DNA from: a bacterium
Lineage (GTDB): Bacteria > Bacillota_I > Bacilli_A > RFN20 > CAG-826
Length of the DNA: 64,000 nt
Assembly: GCA_963623195.1 (NCBI GenBank)
Contig: CAVFKA010000002.1
Location: 15,997 to 79,996, forward strand
Direction: 5' to 3'
The notes below the pieces were generated by a model that ran no database searches, had not been told where the DNA came from, and worked only from the letters and a program-made list of their open reading frames with translations. A program made the translations under genes and the position numbers. Positions 36,045 to 46,644 of the stretch are shown here, piece by piece. Position 1 is the stretch's first letter; each line of letters begins with the position of its first letter.

Positions 36045-37118
36045 TTGAGTATGAATAAGAACGATAGAAAAAGTAATAGACCAAAAACAGAACGAAAAAA
36101 AGGATTAATCGATTTAAACAAGACGAAAGTTTTTACCGTTAACAAAGAAACTGTCTTGCTTGATTTCCTTAAAGAGAAGATTCCAGGACAATCACAACAC
36201 AATATTTGCAGAATCATCGCTAATCACCAAGTTGCAGTCGGTGGAGCCCCTGTATCTCTTTTCAAATACAAACTTTATCCAGATGATGAGGTTATTGTTT
36301 CCTATAACCGCATAGCCAAACACCAAAGAAAAGACCTTCCAATCATCTATGAAGACAACGACATCATTGCAATAAATAAGCCTAGTGGCCTCCTTTCAAT
36401 TGCCTCAGATAGAGAAAAAGGAAGGACGGCATATCGTTTAGTTAACGATTACATGACCCAAAGAGACCGTAACTCAAGAATCTTCGTTGTTCATAGACTT
36501 GATGAAGATACATCCGGCGTTCTTATTTTCGCTAAATCTTTTGAAGTTAAGGAAGCTCTTCAAAACCATTGGTCTGATATTGTTAAGAAACGTGGTTACT
36601 ATGCCATTGTTGAACCAGCTGATATCCCAGAAAAGGGTCACTTAGAAAACTATTTGGTTAATGATGAAGTTACCTTTAACGTTTATGTCACAAAGGACAA
36701 GAAAAAAGGCAAACTTTGTATCACAGACTATAAGAAAATCACCTCAAATAAAAAATATGCTCTCCTTGATGTAAATATCTCTACAGGTAGAAAGAACCAG
36801 ATTCGTGTTCAACTAGGACATATTGGTTATAACATCATTGGTGATGATCGTTATGGTGATCCATCAAACCCAATAAAGAGATTAGGCCTACATGCATATG
36901 AATTAGATTTCAAGAACCCTCTTAACAACAAAGAGTACAAACTTAACTGTCCAATCCCACCTGCCTTTAAGAAACTTATGGCATCACCTACTGGCGATAT
37001 CGAAATCAAATTAGATAAGAAACAAGCCAAAGGGAAGGCTCTAGGAAAGAACCAAGTTAAAGCTAGAAGAAGAAAGGCCAAGACAAATAAAAATGGCAGC
37101 AGAAGCAAACGAAAATAA
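36045..37118 (+). CDS. RluA/RluD-family 23S rRNA pseudouridine synthase with a lysine-rich C-terminal tail
   Basis: S4-like N-terminus, catalytic HRLDEDTSGVLIFAK, and a tail KLDKKQAKGKALGKNQVKARRRKAKTNKNGSRSKRK. Confidence 0.8.
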   Translation: MSMNKNDRKSNRPKTERKKGLIDLNKTKVFTVNKETVLLDFLKEKIPGQSQHNICRIIANHQVAVGGAPVSLFKYKLYPDDEVIVSYNRIAKHQRKDLPIIYEDNDIIAINKPSGLLSIASDREKGRTAYRLVNDYMTQRDRNSRIFVVHRLDEDTSGVLIFAKSFEVKEALQNHWSDIVKKRGYYAIVEPADIPEKGHLENYLVNDEVTFNVYVTKDKKKGKLCITDYKKITSNKKYALLDVNISTGRKNQIRVQLGHIGYNIIGDDRYGDPSNPIKRLGLHAYELDFKNPLNNKEYKLNCPIPPAFKKLMASPTGDIEIKLDKKQAKGKALGKNQVKARRRKAKTNKNGSRSKRK

Positions 37119-40100
37119 AAACGTTTCTCTATCAGAACTTAGAAAGAAAGATAAACCTATTTCAACTTGGATGAAGGCTCATCTTCCTTTCTTATTTGAT
37201 AAATATTCTCTCTTTTATTATGGCTTAATTGTCTTTATTTTAGGCATGTTATGGTGTGCCTATTCTTTAGTTAGCAACCATTTCACTCAATTCTATCCAT
37301 GGACTGATTACACAGGGCAATATGTTACTTTTGCTTACTCATTTCATGATACATGGAGAAAATTCTTTAGAACTGGCGTATTTGAACTTTATTCAACTGA
37401 CACTTATTTAGGATCTGATAATATTGGTTCAAATTCCTACTACGGCCTTTTTGATCCATTTTTGATAATTTGCTACATTTTGCCTCGTTCAATAATTCCT
37501 CAAACCTACGCGATTGCGACTTTTCTTAAAGGAGTTGTTGGTGCATTAGGCTGTAGAGCCTATCTTAAATATTTAGGCTGTTCTGAAGGTGCGTCAAGAT
37601 TAGGCGGCGTGGCTTTTGCTTTCAATGGCTATCTTAATTTCATGGTTGGTTTCCCATCAGTTGTTTCTTCAACTGTAATGGTGCCTTTTATTCTTTTAGG
37701 AATTGAAAAGGTAATCAAAGAGAAGAAAGTTTTAACTTTATCTATTTCATTGGCCATTTTAGGACTTATATCATTCTTCTTCCTTGTCGTTGTATGCATT
37801 TTTGGCGTTTTGTATGCCATATGGAGATATCTTTGGACCATCAAGAAGAGAAATTGGAAAGACAATATTTTCGTTCCTTTGCTTGGGGTTATGGCTTTTG
37901 CTTGCGGAATTTTGCTATGCTCCTGGTCTCTTTTCCCATCCTTAAGAGAATCTTCATTATCCGGAAGAACCATTTCAATTGGCATGGCATATTGGAATTC
38001 GCTTAAGACATCTATTAAAACTTTAGATTTCCCAACATTGTTCTCAAGACTATTTGAACTCGTTGGTCAACATCCTGGTAGAGAACTTCAAGGCTTGATT
38101 GGTTTCTTCTATCCAACATATGGATATCTTGCATTACCAATTGCAAGCGGCATGAATTCTAGTGGCGGCATCCAATATGACGCATGGGTCGCGTCTTTAT
38201 TTTGCTACACGCCTATGATTATTCTTTTCTGGATAGCATTTGTTTCTTCCATAAGAAGAAAGAAGGTTTCTCATCTTGTTGCCTTTGCCTTGATCGCATA
38301 TCTTGTCTTTACTGATTTCGCATATTATTTCTTCTATGCTTTCACGGGTGATGGCTATGGAAGATGGTATATTGTTCTCATTCCAATAATTATCTATTAC
38401 GCCGCTCAAGAATTTGATAGGCTCAAAGACGAACCTAAATGGGTTCCTATATCTGGTGCGGCAACATCTTTGTTCTTGGCTACGTTAACTTGGATTCTTT
38501 GCATCGTTGTCCTTAAAGATAAGACTTTTGAAACAAGCTTAACGACATACTGGGTAACCCAATATAGTGTTCCTTCGGTCGTATCAGGACATTCAACGTT
38601 ATGGATTGTATATTTCCAATTAGGCATGGATGCTCTGGTTGCCCTTCTTATCTTGTTTGTTAAGAAAAAAGAAATTCTACTAAGAATACTTGGCGGAATT
38701 GTTATGGTTGAAACAGTCATTTATGGCAACATCTCTTTTGCCTATATGGGGACGTGGAACTATAACGGATGGAATGGCGGAATAGAATATAGAGATAACG
38801 TTACTGAAGCATTTGAAAAGATTAATTCCTCAGATTCTTCTTATTTCCGTGCGACCATGGAAGGCATGCCAGAGAAGAATGCTCAGGAAGTATTCAATTT
38901 CAATGGAACAAGCAATTTCCATTCTTTATTCAACTACGATGTTAATCAACTTTCTTTGTACTCTCATATGAATAGACATGAGTATGAAGGGGAAGCGTAT
39001 GGACAAACCTATTACCGCAAATCATGGTCGGCCTTCTATGGAAATAAACGTTTAGGCGCCGATACTGCCTTTAATATCAAATATTATGGAATCAAACGTG
39101 AAGGTTATGGCGATTTAGAGAATTGCTTAACCAACGAGAAATATGACAAATATTTAAACTCTGATAATGTCCCATGGGATTCGGAATTAGTATACGGGTC
39201 CGCTAAATCTAAGATGAGAATATATAAATCGTCTTTAATTAACGAAAATAGTTTTGGCCATGCCGTAGATTATTTATACAAGCAAAACAAAGATGAAGAA
39301 TCAACTTATAAAGATGATTTCTATAAAGCAACTTCTTCAAGTGGAACATTTAACGAAATCAATAGAAATGAAGAAGTCTATACCTCAGGGGCTATAATCC
39401 AGGATAGTGATGTTGACGCGTTAAATGATTTAGGATTCACTTTCTCAAGTACTCCAAATGAATCGACATTGCTTAAGAAGGTTTCTCTTAATAGAGTCGT
39501 TTATCGCCATAGTGATTTGAACTTCCTTGGCTATTCATCTTCTAAAAAAGAAACGTATGGTCCAACATATTTCTTGAGTCATTACGATACGATAAAGGCA
39601 GATGCCACTAGCACGTATGTTCCTGACTATGAGACTGTCGTATATACTCCATCAAATGGCGACACATATTTCAATACGGATAATTCCGGTGCTTATATTT
39701 CGTTAATGTTCAATATGTCTAGCACATCAAAAACAAGGGTGTTCATGATTGGCGATTATACAGATGAAAACGGTGTTGAACATAAAGATCAAATTCTATC
39801 TTATGATTACAATACGTTAACGACATATACATCTAGTAAGATTTCTGGCGCATCTAGCGCAGACGTGTATGGATTCTATCCAAAAGGCAAGGTTAAATAC
39901 ATTTGTTTAAACGCTAAGCCATCAGATTATTCTGGTAGTGGAGTGGATAATGACGCAGCACGTATTCCTACGACATTTGGCGTATATGTTACCAATCGTA
40001 GCGATGTCGAATCTTTCTATAATAAATATAAATCTGAAGAATACGCTTTAACTGACGCTACTTATTCAACTAATAAAGCAACTTTCTCTTCTAATTTCTC

Positions 40101-40383
40101 TGAACAAAAGCTTGTTGTTACAACTTTAGGCTACGATGCTGGATGGAAAGTGTATGCAAGTTTGGAAGACGGTTCCTCAAAAGAATGTAAGACATTCAAA
40201 TTAGATGGCGGTTTTGTTGGTTTCGTTGCTCCAGCTGGCAAAACAAATTATGTCATGAAATATCAAACGCCATATCTTAAAGAAGGCGCGATTTTAGCTT
40301 CCTCGGCTGTTGTTGTTCTTTCCGCTTACGTTATTGGCAGATTCGTATATCAAATTAGGAAAAGAAAAAAAGAATTGGCTTAA
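37093..40383 (+). CDS. YfhO-like giant polytopic membrane protein (1096 aa)
   Basis: About 13 N-terminal TM helices, a large hydrophilic domain, and a single C-terminal TM (ILASSAVVVLSAYVIGRFVY). The start may instead be the internal MKAHLPF. Confidence 0.5.
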   Translation: MAAEANENKNVSLSELRKKDKPISTWMKAHLPFLFDKYSLFYYGLIVFILGMLWCAYSLVSNHFTQFYPWTDYTGQYVTFAYSFHDTWRKFFRTGVFELYSTDTYLGSDNIGSNSYYGLFDPFLIICYILPRSIIPQTYAIATFLKGVVGALGCRAYLKYLGCSEGASRLGGVAFAFNGYLNFMVGFPSVVSSTVMVPFILLGIEKVIKEKKVLTLSISLAILGLISFFFLVVVCIFGVLYAIWRYLWTIKKRNWKDNIFVPLLGVMAFACGILLCSWSLFPSLRESSLSGRTISIGMAYWNSLKTSIKTLDFPTLFSRLFELVGQHPGRELQGLIGFFYPTYGYLALPIASGMNSSGGIQYDAWVASLFCYTPMIILFWIAFVSSIRRKKVSHLVAFALIAYLVFTDFAYYFFYAFTGDGYGRWYIVLIPIIIYYAAQEFDRLKDEPKWVPISGAATSLFLATLTWILCIVVLKDKTFETSLTTYWVTQYSVPSVVSGHSTLWIVYFQLGMDALVALLILFVKKKEILLRILGGIVMVETVIYGNISFAYMGTWNYNGWNGGIEYRDNVTEAFEKINSSDSSYFRATMEGMPEKNAQEVFNFNGTSNFHSLFNYDVNQLSLYSHMNRHEYEGEAYGQTYYRKSWSAFYGNKRLGADTAFNIKYYGIKREGYGDLENCLTNEKYDKYLNSDNVPWDSELVYGSAKSKMRIYKSSLINENSFGHAVDYLYKQNKDEESTYKDDFYKATSSSGTFNEINRNEEVYTSGAIIQDSDVDALNDLGFTFSSTPNESTLLKKVSLNRVVYRHSDLNFLGYSSSKKETYGPTYFLSHYDTIKADATSTYVPDYETVVYTPSNGDTYFNTDNSGAYISLMFNMSSTSKTRVFMIGDYTDENGVEHKDQILSYDYNTLTTYTSSKISGASSADVYGFYPKGKVKYICLNAKPSDYSGSGVDNDAARIPTTFGVYVTNRSDVESFYNKYKSEEYALTDATYSTNKATFSSNFSEQKLVVTTLGYDAGWKVYASLEDGSSKECKTFKLDGGFVGFVAPAGKTNYVMKYQTPYLKEGAILASSAVVVLSAYVIGRFVYQIRKRKKELA

Positions 40384-41240
40384 TTCTTCCAATTCTTTAA
40401 ATAGATATCGTAGACGCGATTCTTAGAGATGTTGTACTTAGCTGCAACGTCTTTTATTGCATCCTTACTCTTTAATGATTTTAAGCTCTCATCTAAGTAA
40501 GAGATGATGTCTTCATCAGTAATTTCTTTAATGCATTCTTTTGCGCCTTCAACAACGATTACCATCTCTCCAATTAAGGATTCAGGGGGTACGTCTAGCA
40601 GTTCTTGAAGACTTCCTCTTAGATATTCCTCATGAGTTTTTGTTAATTCTCTTGCTAAAGATACATGTCTTTCTTCACCTAATATCTTAGCCATATCAGT
40701 AAGGGTATCCATGATTCTATGAGGCGATTCATAGAAGATGATTGTATCTTTAAAATCTTTAAGGGATTCAAGTTGCTTTCTTCTAGCGGATGGTTTGCTA
40801 TCAAGGAATCCGTAGAAGTAGAAATGCTTGCTTGGGATTCCTGAACCAACTAGGGCACATAACCCCGCATTTGGACCATTGATGACGGATACTTTATAAC
40901 CTGCTTCAAGAACTTTTCTAGAAAGCCTTTCTCCAGGATCGGAAATAATTGGATATCCCGCATCTGACATATATGCAATCTTTTTTCCTTCGGACATCAA
41001 AGAAAGAATCTTTTCGGTTGCTTTCTCTTCGTTATGCTCATGACATGAAATAAGAGGCAAATCAAAACCGAATCTTTTTAATAACATCCCGGAATTTCTT
41101 GTGTCTTCACATGCTACATAATCCGTTTCTTTAAGAACGCTTAATGCACGTGGCGAAAACTCCTCAAGATTTCCTATTGGGGTTGCAATTAAATAAAGTA
41201 ATGGAGTATTTCCGGAAAAGTTTAATTCACGTTTAAGCAT
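40380..41240 (-). CDS. rsmI: 16S rRNA (cytidine1402-2'-O)-methyltransferase
   Basis: TP-methylase fold with the LYLIATPIGNLEEFSPRA motif. Confidence 0.85.
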   Translation of the reverse strand: MLKRELNFSGNTPLLYLIATPIGNLEEFSPRALSVLKETDYVACEDTRNSGMLLKRFGFDLPLISCHEHNEEKATEKILSLMSEGKKIAYMSDAGYPIISDPGERLSRKVLEAGYKVSVINGPNAGLCALVGSGIPSKHFYFYGFLDSKPSARRKQLESLKDFKDTIIFYESPHRIMDTLTDMAKILGEERHVSLARELTKTHEEYLRGSLQELLDVPPESLIGEMVIVVEGAKECIKEITDEDIISYLDESLKSLKSKDAIKDVAAKYNISKNRVYDIYLKNWKN

Positions 41241-42183
41241 GGTTTTTCTTGTTGTTGAATTTCTTGTTTTTATTGTTGTTTTGAATCTGACGGTTGTTAT
41301 TGTCTTTTCCTTGAGAATTGTTGTTATTATTTCCTTTGTTTTGATGGAAATTCTTCTCTTTATTGATATACGGGTGGGTTATTTTGTTGTAATCGTCCAA
41401 ACTGATGAATTGGACATCATCTTCGGAAACAACCTTAATTGAGCGAGACATGACGTTGAATGAAGAAACTGTGTATTCCCCTAATTCAAGTTTGATTTTA
41501 TCGCCGATATGTGGGAAGGCTTTCTTTGCTTCAGTATACATATCATCTTCAAACAAAAGACAACATTTAAGTCTTCCACATTGTCCTGAAAGCTTTGGAA
41601 TATTTAAAGTTAACATTTGATTTTTTGCACGTGAAATTGAAATTCCATCAAAGGACGTTAAGAAGGTTGAACAGCATAAAGGAAGTCCACAAATGCCCAT
41701 TCCGCCAACGGCTTTCGCCTTATCTCTTGGAGCGATTTGGTGAAGTTCAATACGACATTTAAGCTGAGCGGCTAACACTTTGAGAAGTTCACGGAAATCA
41801 ACACGTCCCTCAGCGGTATATGTGATTGTGATTTTTGTTCCATCAAGCGAATATCTTGCATCAACGAAGGTCATGCCTAAATTTAATTTCTTTGCTTCTC
41901 TATCGGCAATCTTTAAAGAAGAAGCGGCTTGGATATTGGCCATTTCGTATGCTTCAAGGTCATCTGGGGAAGCTTTGCGAACTACGGCTTTAAGTTCTAA
42001 TTGAGAGCGGTACATGTCCATGCTCACAGGCTTGGATGTTACGACTCCCATCTCAAAGCCAGAAATTGTATCTACGATAACGTAGTTTCCTTCTTCAAGC
42101 TCAGGGTCGTTTGTTCCAAAATAATATGCTTTATCTCCATTAGGAAACTTAACTGGTACAAAGTGTGTGAAATTGGTAATCAT
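41233..42183 (-). CDS. ricT: PSP1-domain protein RicT/YaaT homolog with an Asn/Lys-rich tail
   Basis: PSP1 domain and conserved position after holB. C-terminal tail is NKGNNNNNSQGKDNNNRQIQNNNKNKKFNNKKNHA. Confidence 0.8.
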   Translation of the reverse strand: MITNFTHFVPVKFPNGDKAYYFGTNDPELEEGNYVIVDTISGFEMGVVTSKPVSMDMYRSQLELKAVVRKASPDDLEAYEMANIQAASSLKIADREAKKLNLGMTFVDARYSLDGTKITITYTAEGRVDFRELLKVLAAQLKCRIELHQIAPRDKAKAVGGMGICGLPLCCSTFLTSFDGISISRAKNQMLTLNIPKLSGQCGRLKCCLLFEDDMYTEAKKAFPHIGDKIKLELGEYTVSSFNVMSRSIKVVSEDDVQFISLDDYNKITHPYINKEKNFHQNKGNNNNNSQGKDNNNRQIQNNNKNKKFNNKKNHA

Positions 42184-43181
42184 TTTTTTACCTCCGTGAT
42201 GAATAAGATGAGATGCATCAAGACTAGTGAAGTATTGATGTTCGTATTAAGGAGATTCCTAACTTTAAGAACCTCTGTTAATGATTCGTTTAGATGTGGC
42301 AAGTTATCTGCCATGGCTTTTATTTTATCTTGAAATGCTTTTAAAGCCATAGGCTGACCTTCTTTATATGAGATGGCATCTTTAAAGGCAAGAGCGAGCA
42401 TATCTAAGAAGTTTTGAGCATTTAAGAATTCAACACCTTTTTTGTTGCTTGCAATTGTTGGAAGGATTCTATTTTCAAAATCGAAGACGATTTCATCCAT
42501 ATCTTTAGAGAAAGAATCCAAGGTTTCAAGATAGATAGCTTTTGCACTAAGATAAGATTCATCTAGACTCTTTTCTTTTAATATTTGGGAGTTATTGAAG
42601 AAAGGAACCAATAATTCTGCGTCATCTTCTGGAACACCTAAGGATATTGCTTCATCTTTAACAACATCTTTTGGAATGAGGACCATTCTTAATTTTTCGC
42701 AGCGTGAGATGATTGTAGGCAAGACCTTTGTTTCATTCTCGGTCGTTAATATTGCATATGTTTTTGCTGGAGGCTCCTCTAAGAATTTGAGCAAGGAATT
42801 GATGGCTTGCACATTCATATTCTCAACGAGATTTATGATGTAGATCATTACCCCTTTCGACTCCATTGCCGTTTTTGAAAAATCGCCAACTATATCTTGA
42901 ACGTCACCTTTTTTGATTTGACCTTCTCTTCCGTCAAGAATGGCAAAATCAGCATATGTTCTATGGTCAATTCTTTTGCATGAAACGCATTCGTCACAGG
43001 CTAAAGGAGATGGATTATCGCATACTAAAGACTTGGCGATAAACGTCGCTGTTTCAAGTAACGGAATACCATTTTCTCCAGAAAGAAGGTATGCGTGTGC
43101 AAGTTTTCCACTGCTTATAGCATTCTTCAACGTTTGATATACGAGTGGTTGATATGTATGCAAATACTCTTCGAAATTCAT
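42180..43181 (-). CDS. holB: DNA polymerase III delta-prime subunit
   Basis: AAA+ clamp-loader fold (AHAYLLSGENG), zinc module C-x2-C...C-x2-C, and synteny with tmk. Confidence 0.8.
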   Translation of the reverse strand: MNFEEYLHTYQPLVYQTLKNAISSGKLAHAYLLSGENGIPLLETATFIAKSLVCDNPSPLACDECVSCKRIDHRTYADFAILDGREGQIKKGDVQDIVGDFSKTAMESKGVMIYIINLVENMNVQAINSLLKFLEEPPAKTYAILTTENETKVLPTIISRCEKLRMVLIPKDVVKDEAISLGVPEDDAELLVPFFNNSQILKEKSLDESYLSAKAIYLETLDSFSKDMDEIVFDFENRILPTIASNKKGVEFLNAQNFLDMLALAFKDAISYKEGQPMALKAFQDKIKAMADNLPHLNESLTEVLKVRNLLNTNINTSLVLMHLILFITEVKK

Positions 43182-43801
43182 TATTTGTCCAGTCTCTTAT
43201 TGATTTCTTTCATTACGTCATTATATACGCTATCTCTATCTTGTCCGGCGTTAATGACAACGATTCTATTTGGATAACGTTTTGCTAATTCTAAGAAAGC
43301 ATTTCTAACATTATGATGGAATGATAATTTCTCTACATCAAGACGGTTAACTTCTCTTCCTGCATTAGCGGCAATTCTTCTTAAACCTTCTTCAGGGACT
43401 ATGTCAAAGAAGAAGGTAATATCAGGTTCTAATCCTTCTGTCGCATATTGATTGACTTGATATATTTCATCGATACCTAAGCCTCTAGCAACACCTTGGT
43501 AAGCTAAAGAAGAATCCAAGAAACGATCAGAAATAACAATTTTTCCTTCTTTTAGGGAAGGCAATATCTTTTGAACGATGTGTTGTCTTCTTGAAGCTGC
43601 ATATAAAAGAGCTTCAGTACGTGGATCCATATCGGTATTCTTTTTATCGAGGATGATGTTTCTTATTTCTTCCGATATAGGTGTGCCACCTGGTTCTCTA
43701 GTGAGAACTATTTCTTTGCCACTTTCTTTTAGAGTTTCAACAACGCGGTTGATGCATGTTGTTTTTCCGGAGCCTTCTCCGCCTTCGAATGTAATGAACA
43801 T
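43181..43801 (-). CDS. tmk: Thymidylate kinase
   Basis: MFITFEGGEGSGKTT P-loop and DRF motif. Confidence 0.9.
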   Translation of the reverse strand: MFITFEGGEGSGKTTCINRVVETLKESGKEIVLTREPGGTPISEEIRNIILDKKNTDMDPRTEALLYAASRRQHIVQKILPSLKEGKIVISDRFLDSSLAYQGVARGLGIDEIYQVNQYATEGLEPDITFFFDIVPEEGLRRIAANAGREVNRLDVEKLSFHHNVRNAFLELAKRYPNRIVVINAGQDRDSVYNDVMKEINKRLDK

Positions 43802-43803
43802 AA

Positions 43804-44400
43804 TTAGATTTTCTTTCTGCCTTCAAAGGCCTTTGATAATGTTAGTGGGTCAGCATAATCAAGCGATGAGCCCATTGGAAGCCCGTAGCCTAATCTTGTG
43901 ACGTTTGTTTTTCCTTCAAGCAACTTAGCAACATATAAAGCTGTTGTTTCCCCTTCAATGGTCGAAGAGGTTGCTAGAATGACTTCAGATATTTTGTTTT
44001 CTTCGATACGTCTTAGCAATGGTGCAATACTTAGTTCCTCAGCGCCGATCCCTTTAGCTAGATTAATAGAGCCGCCTAAGACATGGTAGATTCCCTTAAA
44101 AGAATTCATTTTCTCGATGGCGTAGGCATCTTTTACCTCAGAGACCACGCAAATGATGTTGTGATCGCGTTCTTCGTCTTGGCAGATTTCACAGGATTCA
44201 GGATTTTCTGTGTATAAGCCACATATTGGACACTTATGAACGTTTTCCGAGAGGCTAGAAAGAGATTTAGCAAAAGCTTGTCTATCTTCTTCGGAGAAAT
44301 TCAAGACGGCATAAGCCATCCTTTCGGCGGATTTGAAGCCTACTCCTGGAAGTTTAGAAAAGGAATCGATTAGATTTTGTATCGAAGTTAACTCTCTCAT
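43804..44400 (-). CDS. recR: Recombination protein RecR
   Basis: HhH, C4 zinc finger (CPICGLYTENPESCEIC) and Toprim region. Confidence 0.9.
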   Translation of the reverse strand: MRELTSIQNLIDSFSKLPGVGFKSAERMAYAVLNFSEEDRQAFAKSLSSLSENVHKCPICGLYTENPESCEICQDEERDHNIICVVSEVKDAYAIEKMNSFKGIYHVLGGSINLAKGIGAEELSIAPLLRRIEENKISEVILATSSTIEGETTALYVAKLLEGKTNVTRLGYGLPMGSSLDYADPLTLSKAFEGRKKI

Positions 44401-44702
44401 TAGAATAATCCGTTTGAACGGCCTGTTATTTCTTCGTCGATCTTAGCTGATTCTTCGCTGATTTGATCTATTGCTTCATTTATTGCGGAAACGATAGTAT
44501 CTTGAATCATCTCGGCATCATCTGGTGTCAAAGCGTCTTTATCGACTTCGATTGATTTGACCTTTTTGTTGCCGGTTAAGACTACTGTTACTAAACCAGC
44601 TTTTTCAACTTTGAACTCTTTTGCTTCTAATTCATCATGAGCTTTTTTGAGTTGGCGTTGCATTTTTTGTGCTTGGATAAGCATTTGTTGCATTTGATTC
44701 AT
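44400..44702 (-). CDS. ybaB: YbaB/EbfC nucleoid-associated protein
   Basis: 100 aa, conserved placement between dnaX and recR. Confidence 0.9.
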   Translation of the reverse strand: MNQMQQMLIQAQKMQRQLKKAHDELEAKEFKVEKAGLVTVVLTGNKKVKSIEVDKDALTPDDAEMIQDTIVSAINEAIDQISEESAKIDEEITGRSNGLF

Positions 44703-44721
44703 TTATTTTTTCTCCTTTTAT

Positions 44722-46521
44722 TTACATTGGTAATTTAAGTTCAACTTCATTCTTATTTGGAAGAGCTGAAACTTGTTGTTTTGCGAAGAAGTCTTTTTGA
44801 ACTCTTGATTGAACTTCTGGATCAATGGAGTAGATGAAGACTTTACGGCCAAGAATTGTCGATAAGAGTTCTTGCATTGGAATTTGATTTGCGACGATGT
44901 TGGCTTTCTTTGCTTTTGCGACATAACGATATGAGATGATTAACGCTTCATGGCATAAGGCATATGGTTTACCTTCCCAAAGAAGGTTTGCAAGTGCACC
45001 GAATTGAGGATCTAAACGTAAGGCCTCGAGTCTCTTCCAATTGTTTATCAAATTCATCTTTTCTGCTTTGTCGGCAAGAATCATGATGTTGATAAGCTGT
45101 TCATCTTCAAGATTGAATGTAGGGCCATCTGAAACGATATTTGGTCTAGTGATTTTTGAAGTATCAATAGGCTCAATTGGTTTTGGAGCTGGTTGTGGAA
45201 CGCTTTCTTGGACAACCACTTTTGGTTGAGGAGTGACGACTTTTGGTTGCTCGATTGGCTTATCTTCTTCGAATAAGAAATCAGGTGCTTGATCATTGTT
45301 AATTGATACACGCATAGGCTCTTTTTCTTGAATGACTGGTTGAGGAGTTGGTTTTTCAACGACCTTAACTTCAGGTTTTGGAGCTGGTTTTGGTGTAGGT
45401 TTAACTACTGGTGTTTCTTTGATTTGAGGTTGTTCAACGACCTTATCTTCTTTAGAAGCAATTCTTAAGAGAGTTAGTTCAAAGAGGGAACGGATATCAG
45501 AAACGTTTTTGAAATCGTTTTGTGCTTCGATGAATTCATGAAGCATGGCATTGCAATCTTTTGGTCCAATCTTTTTTGAGAGTTCCTTTGCATGCTCGAC
45601 ACTTAATTCATCCATTAAGGATGGATCTATGGTCTTTTCATATATTAATAAGTCTTTTAAGAAAGTTATCAATTCCGCGACCAATCTTCTAATATCAATT
45701 CCACCAGCTAGATAAGATTCAGATTTGCCAACTACTCTAGCGACATCTCCATTCCTTAAAGAAAGGAGTAAGTCAACTTTTTCATCATCAGATGCTAAAC
45801 CATATATCGCCAAAACATCCGCCTCATTTAAGGAAGAGGATGAGAATGCTAGGACTTGATCAAGGATTGATAAGGCGTCACGCATACCACCATCTGCTAG
45901 TTTCATAACTAAGCGCAATGCTTTAGGCTCATATGTCGCATTTTCTTTTTGAAGAATCTCAATGAGCTTCTTTTCCATGTCATCTTCAGGAATCTTGCCA
46001 AAATCAAATCTTTGGCAACGGGAAAGAATGGTAGGTAAGACTTTGTAAGGCTCAGTTGTGCATAGAATGAATATTACCCTCTCCGGTGGTTCTTCGATGG
46101 TTTTTAAAAGAGCGTTGAAAGCAGCGTCTGTCATCATATGAACTTCATCGATGATATAGACTTTGTATTCTCCTTTAAGAGGGGCGTATGTGACTTTTTC
46201 AATCAAATCACGGACTTGATCAACGCCATTGTTTGATGCGGCGTCGATTTCAATGACGTCAGGATGGGAGCCATCTGAAATTGAAAGACAATTTGAGCAG
46301 TGTCCGCATTGGTGACCTTTGCCTTCTTCGCAATTTAATGCCTTTGCTAAAAGACGGGCCATGGAAGTTTTGCCAGTTCCACGAGGCCCAGCAAAAAGAT
46401 AGGCATGCGCTAATTTATCATTAGCGATTGCGTTCTTGAGAGTTCTAACAATAACGCTTTGTCCTGCGACTTCTTCGAAGGTCTGAGGACGATATTTTAA
46501 ATAGAGTGCTTTGTATGACAT
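44722..46521 (-). CDS. dnaX: DNA polymerase III gamma/tau subunit
   Basis: AAA+ GPRGTGKTS, zinc module CxxC...C, and a P/K-rich linker. Confidence 0.9.
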   Translation of the reverse strand: MSYKALYLKYRPQTFEEVAGQSVIVRTLKNAIANDKLAHAYLFAGPRGTGKTSMARLLAKALNCEEGKGHQCGHCSNCLSISDGSHPDVIEIDAASNNGVDQVRDLIEKVTYAPLKGEYKVYIIDEVHMMTDAAFNALLKTIEEPPERVIFILCTTEPYKVLPTILSRCQRFDFGKIPEDDMEKKLIEILQKENATYEPKALRLVMKLADGGMRDALSILDQVLAFSSSSLNEADVLAIYGLASDDEKVDLLLSLRNGDVARVVGKSESYLAGGIDIRRLVAELITFLKDLLIYEKTIDPSLMDELSVEHAKELSKKIGPKDCNAMLHEFIEAQNDFKNVSDIRSLFELTLLRIASKEDKVVEQPQIKETPVVKPTPKPAPKPEVKVVEKPTPQPVIQEKEPMRVSINNDQAPDFLFEEDKPIEQPKVVTPQPKVVVQESVPQPAPKPIEPIDTSKITRPNIVSDGPTFNLEDEQLINIMILADKAEKMNLINNWKRLEALRLDPQFGALANLLWEGKPYALCHEALIISYRYVAKAKKANIVANQIPMQELLSTILGRKVFIYSIDPEVQSRVQKDFFAKQQVSALPNKNEVELKLPM

Positions 46522-46644
46522 ATTTTATTACCTTTATCATTATACAATTTTCTTTCTATTCTAACTAGTTAGAAGATACCTTTTTTATAACCTAACAAGT
46601 GCGGCTCATTTATGATAAAATAATCGCCGATTGGAGAACTATTA

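Noticed and set aside
37093-37118. 26-nt overlap between the RluD-like gene and the YfhO-like gene as a programmed frameshift or fusion
   Set aside because: An internal start (MKAHLPF, about 37171) can equally explain it, and no slippery sequence is evident.
44718-44924. 68-aa ORF at the 3' end of dnaX
   Set aside because: It is the same strand but an alternative frame, overlapping the dnaX C-terminus, with no independent signal.
46522-46644. Possible SRP RNA (ffs) upstream of dnaX, as in Bacillus
   Set aside because: The gap is only about 120 nt and AT-rich. It has no conserved domain IV GNRA-tetraloop helix motif, and it serves as the prfA leader.
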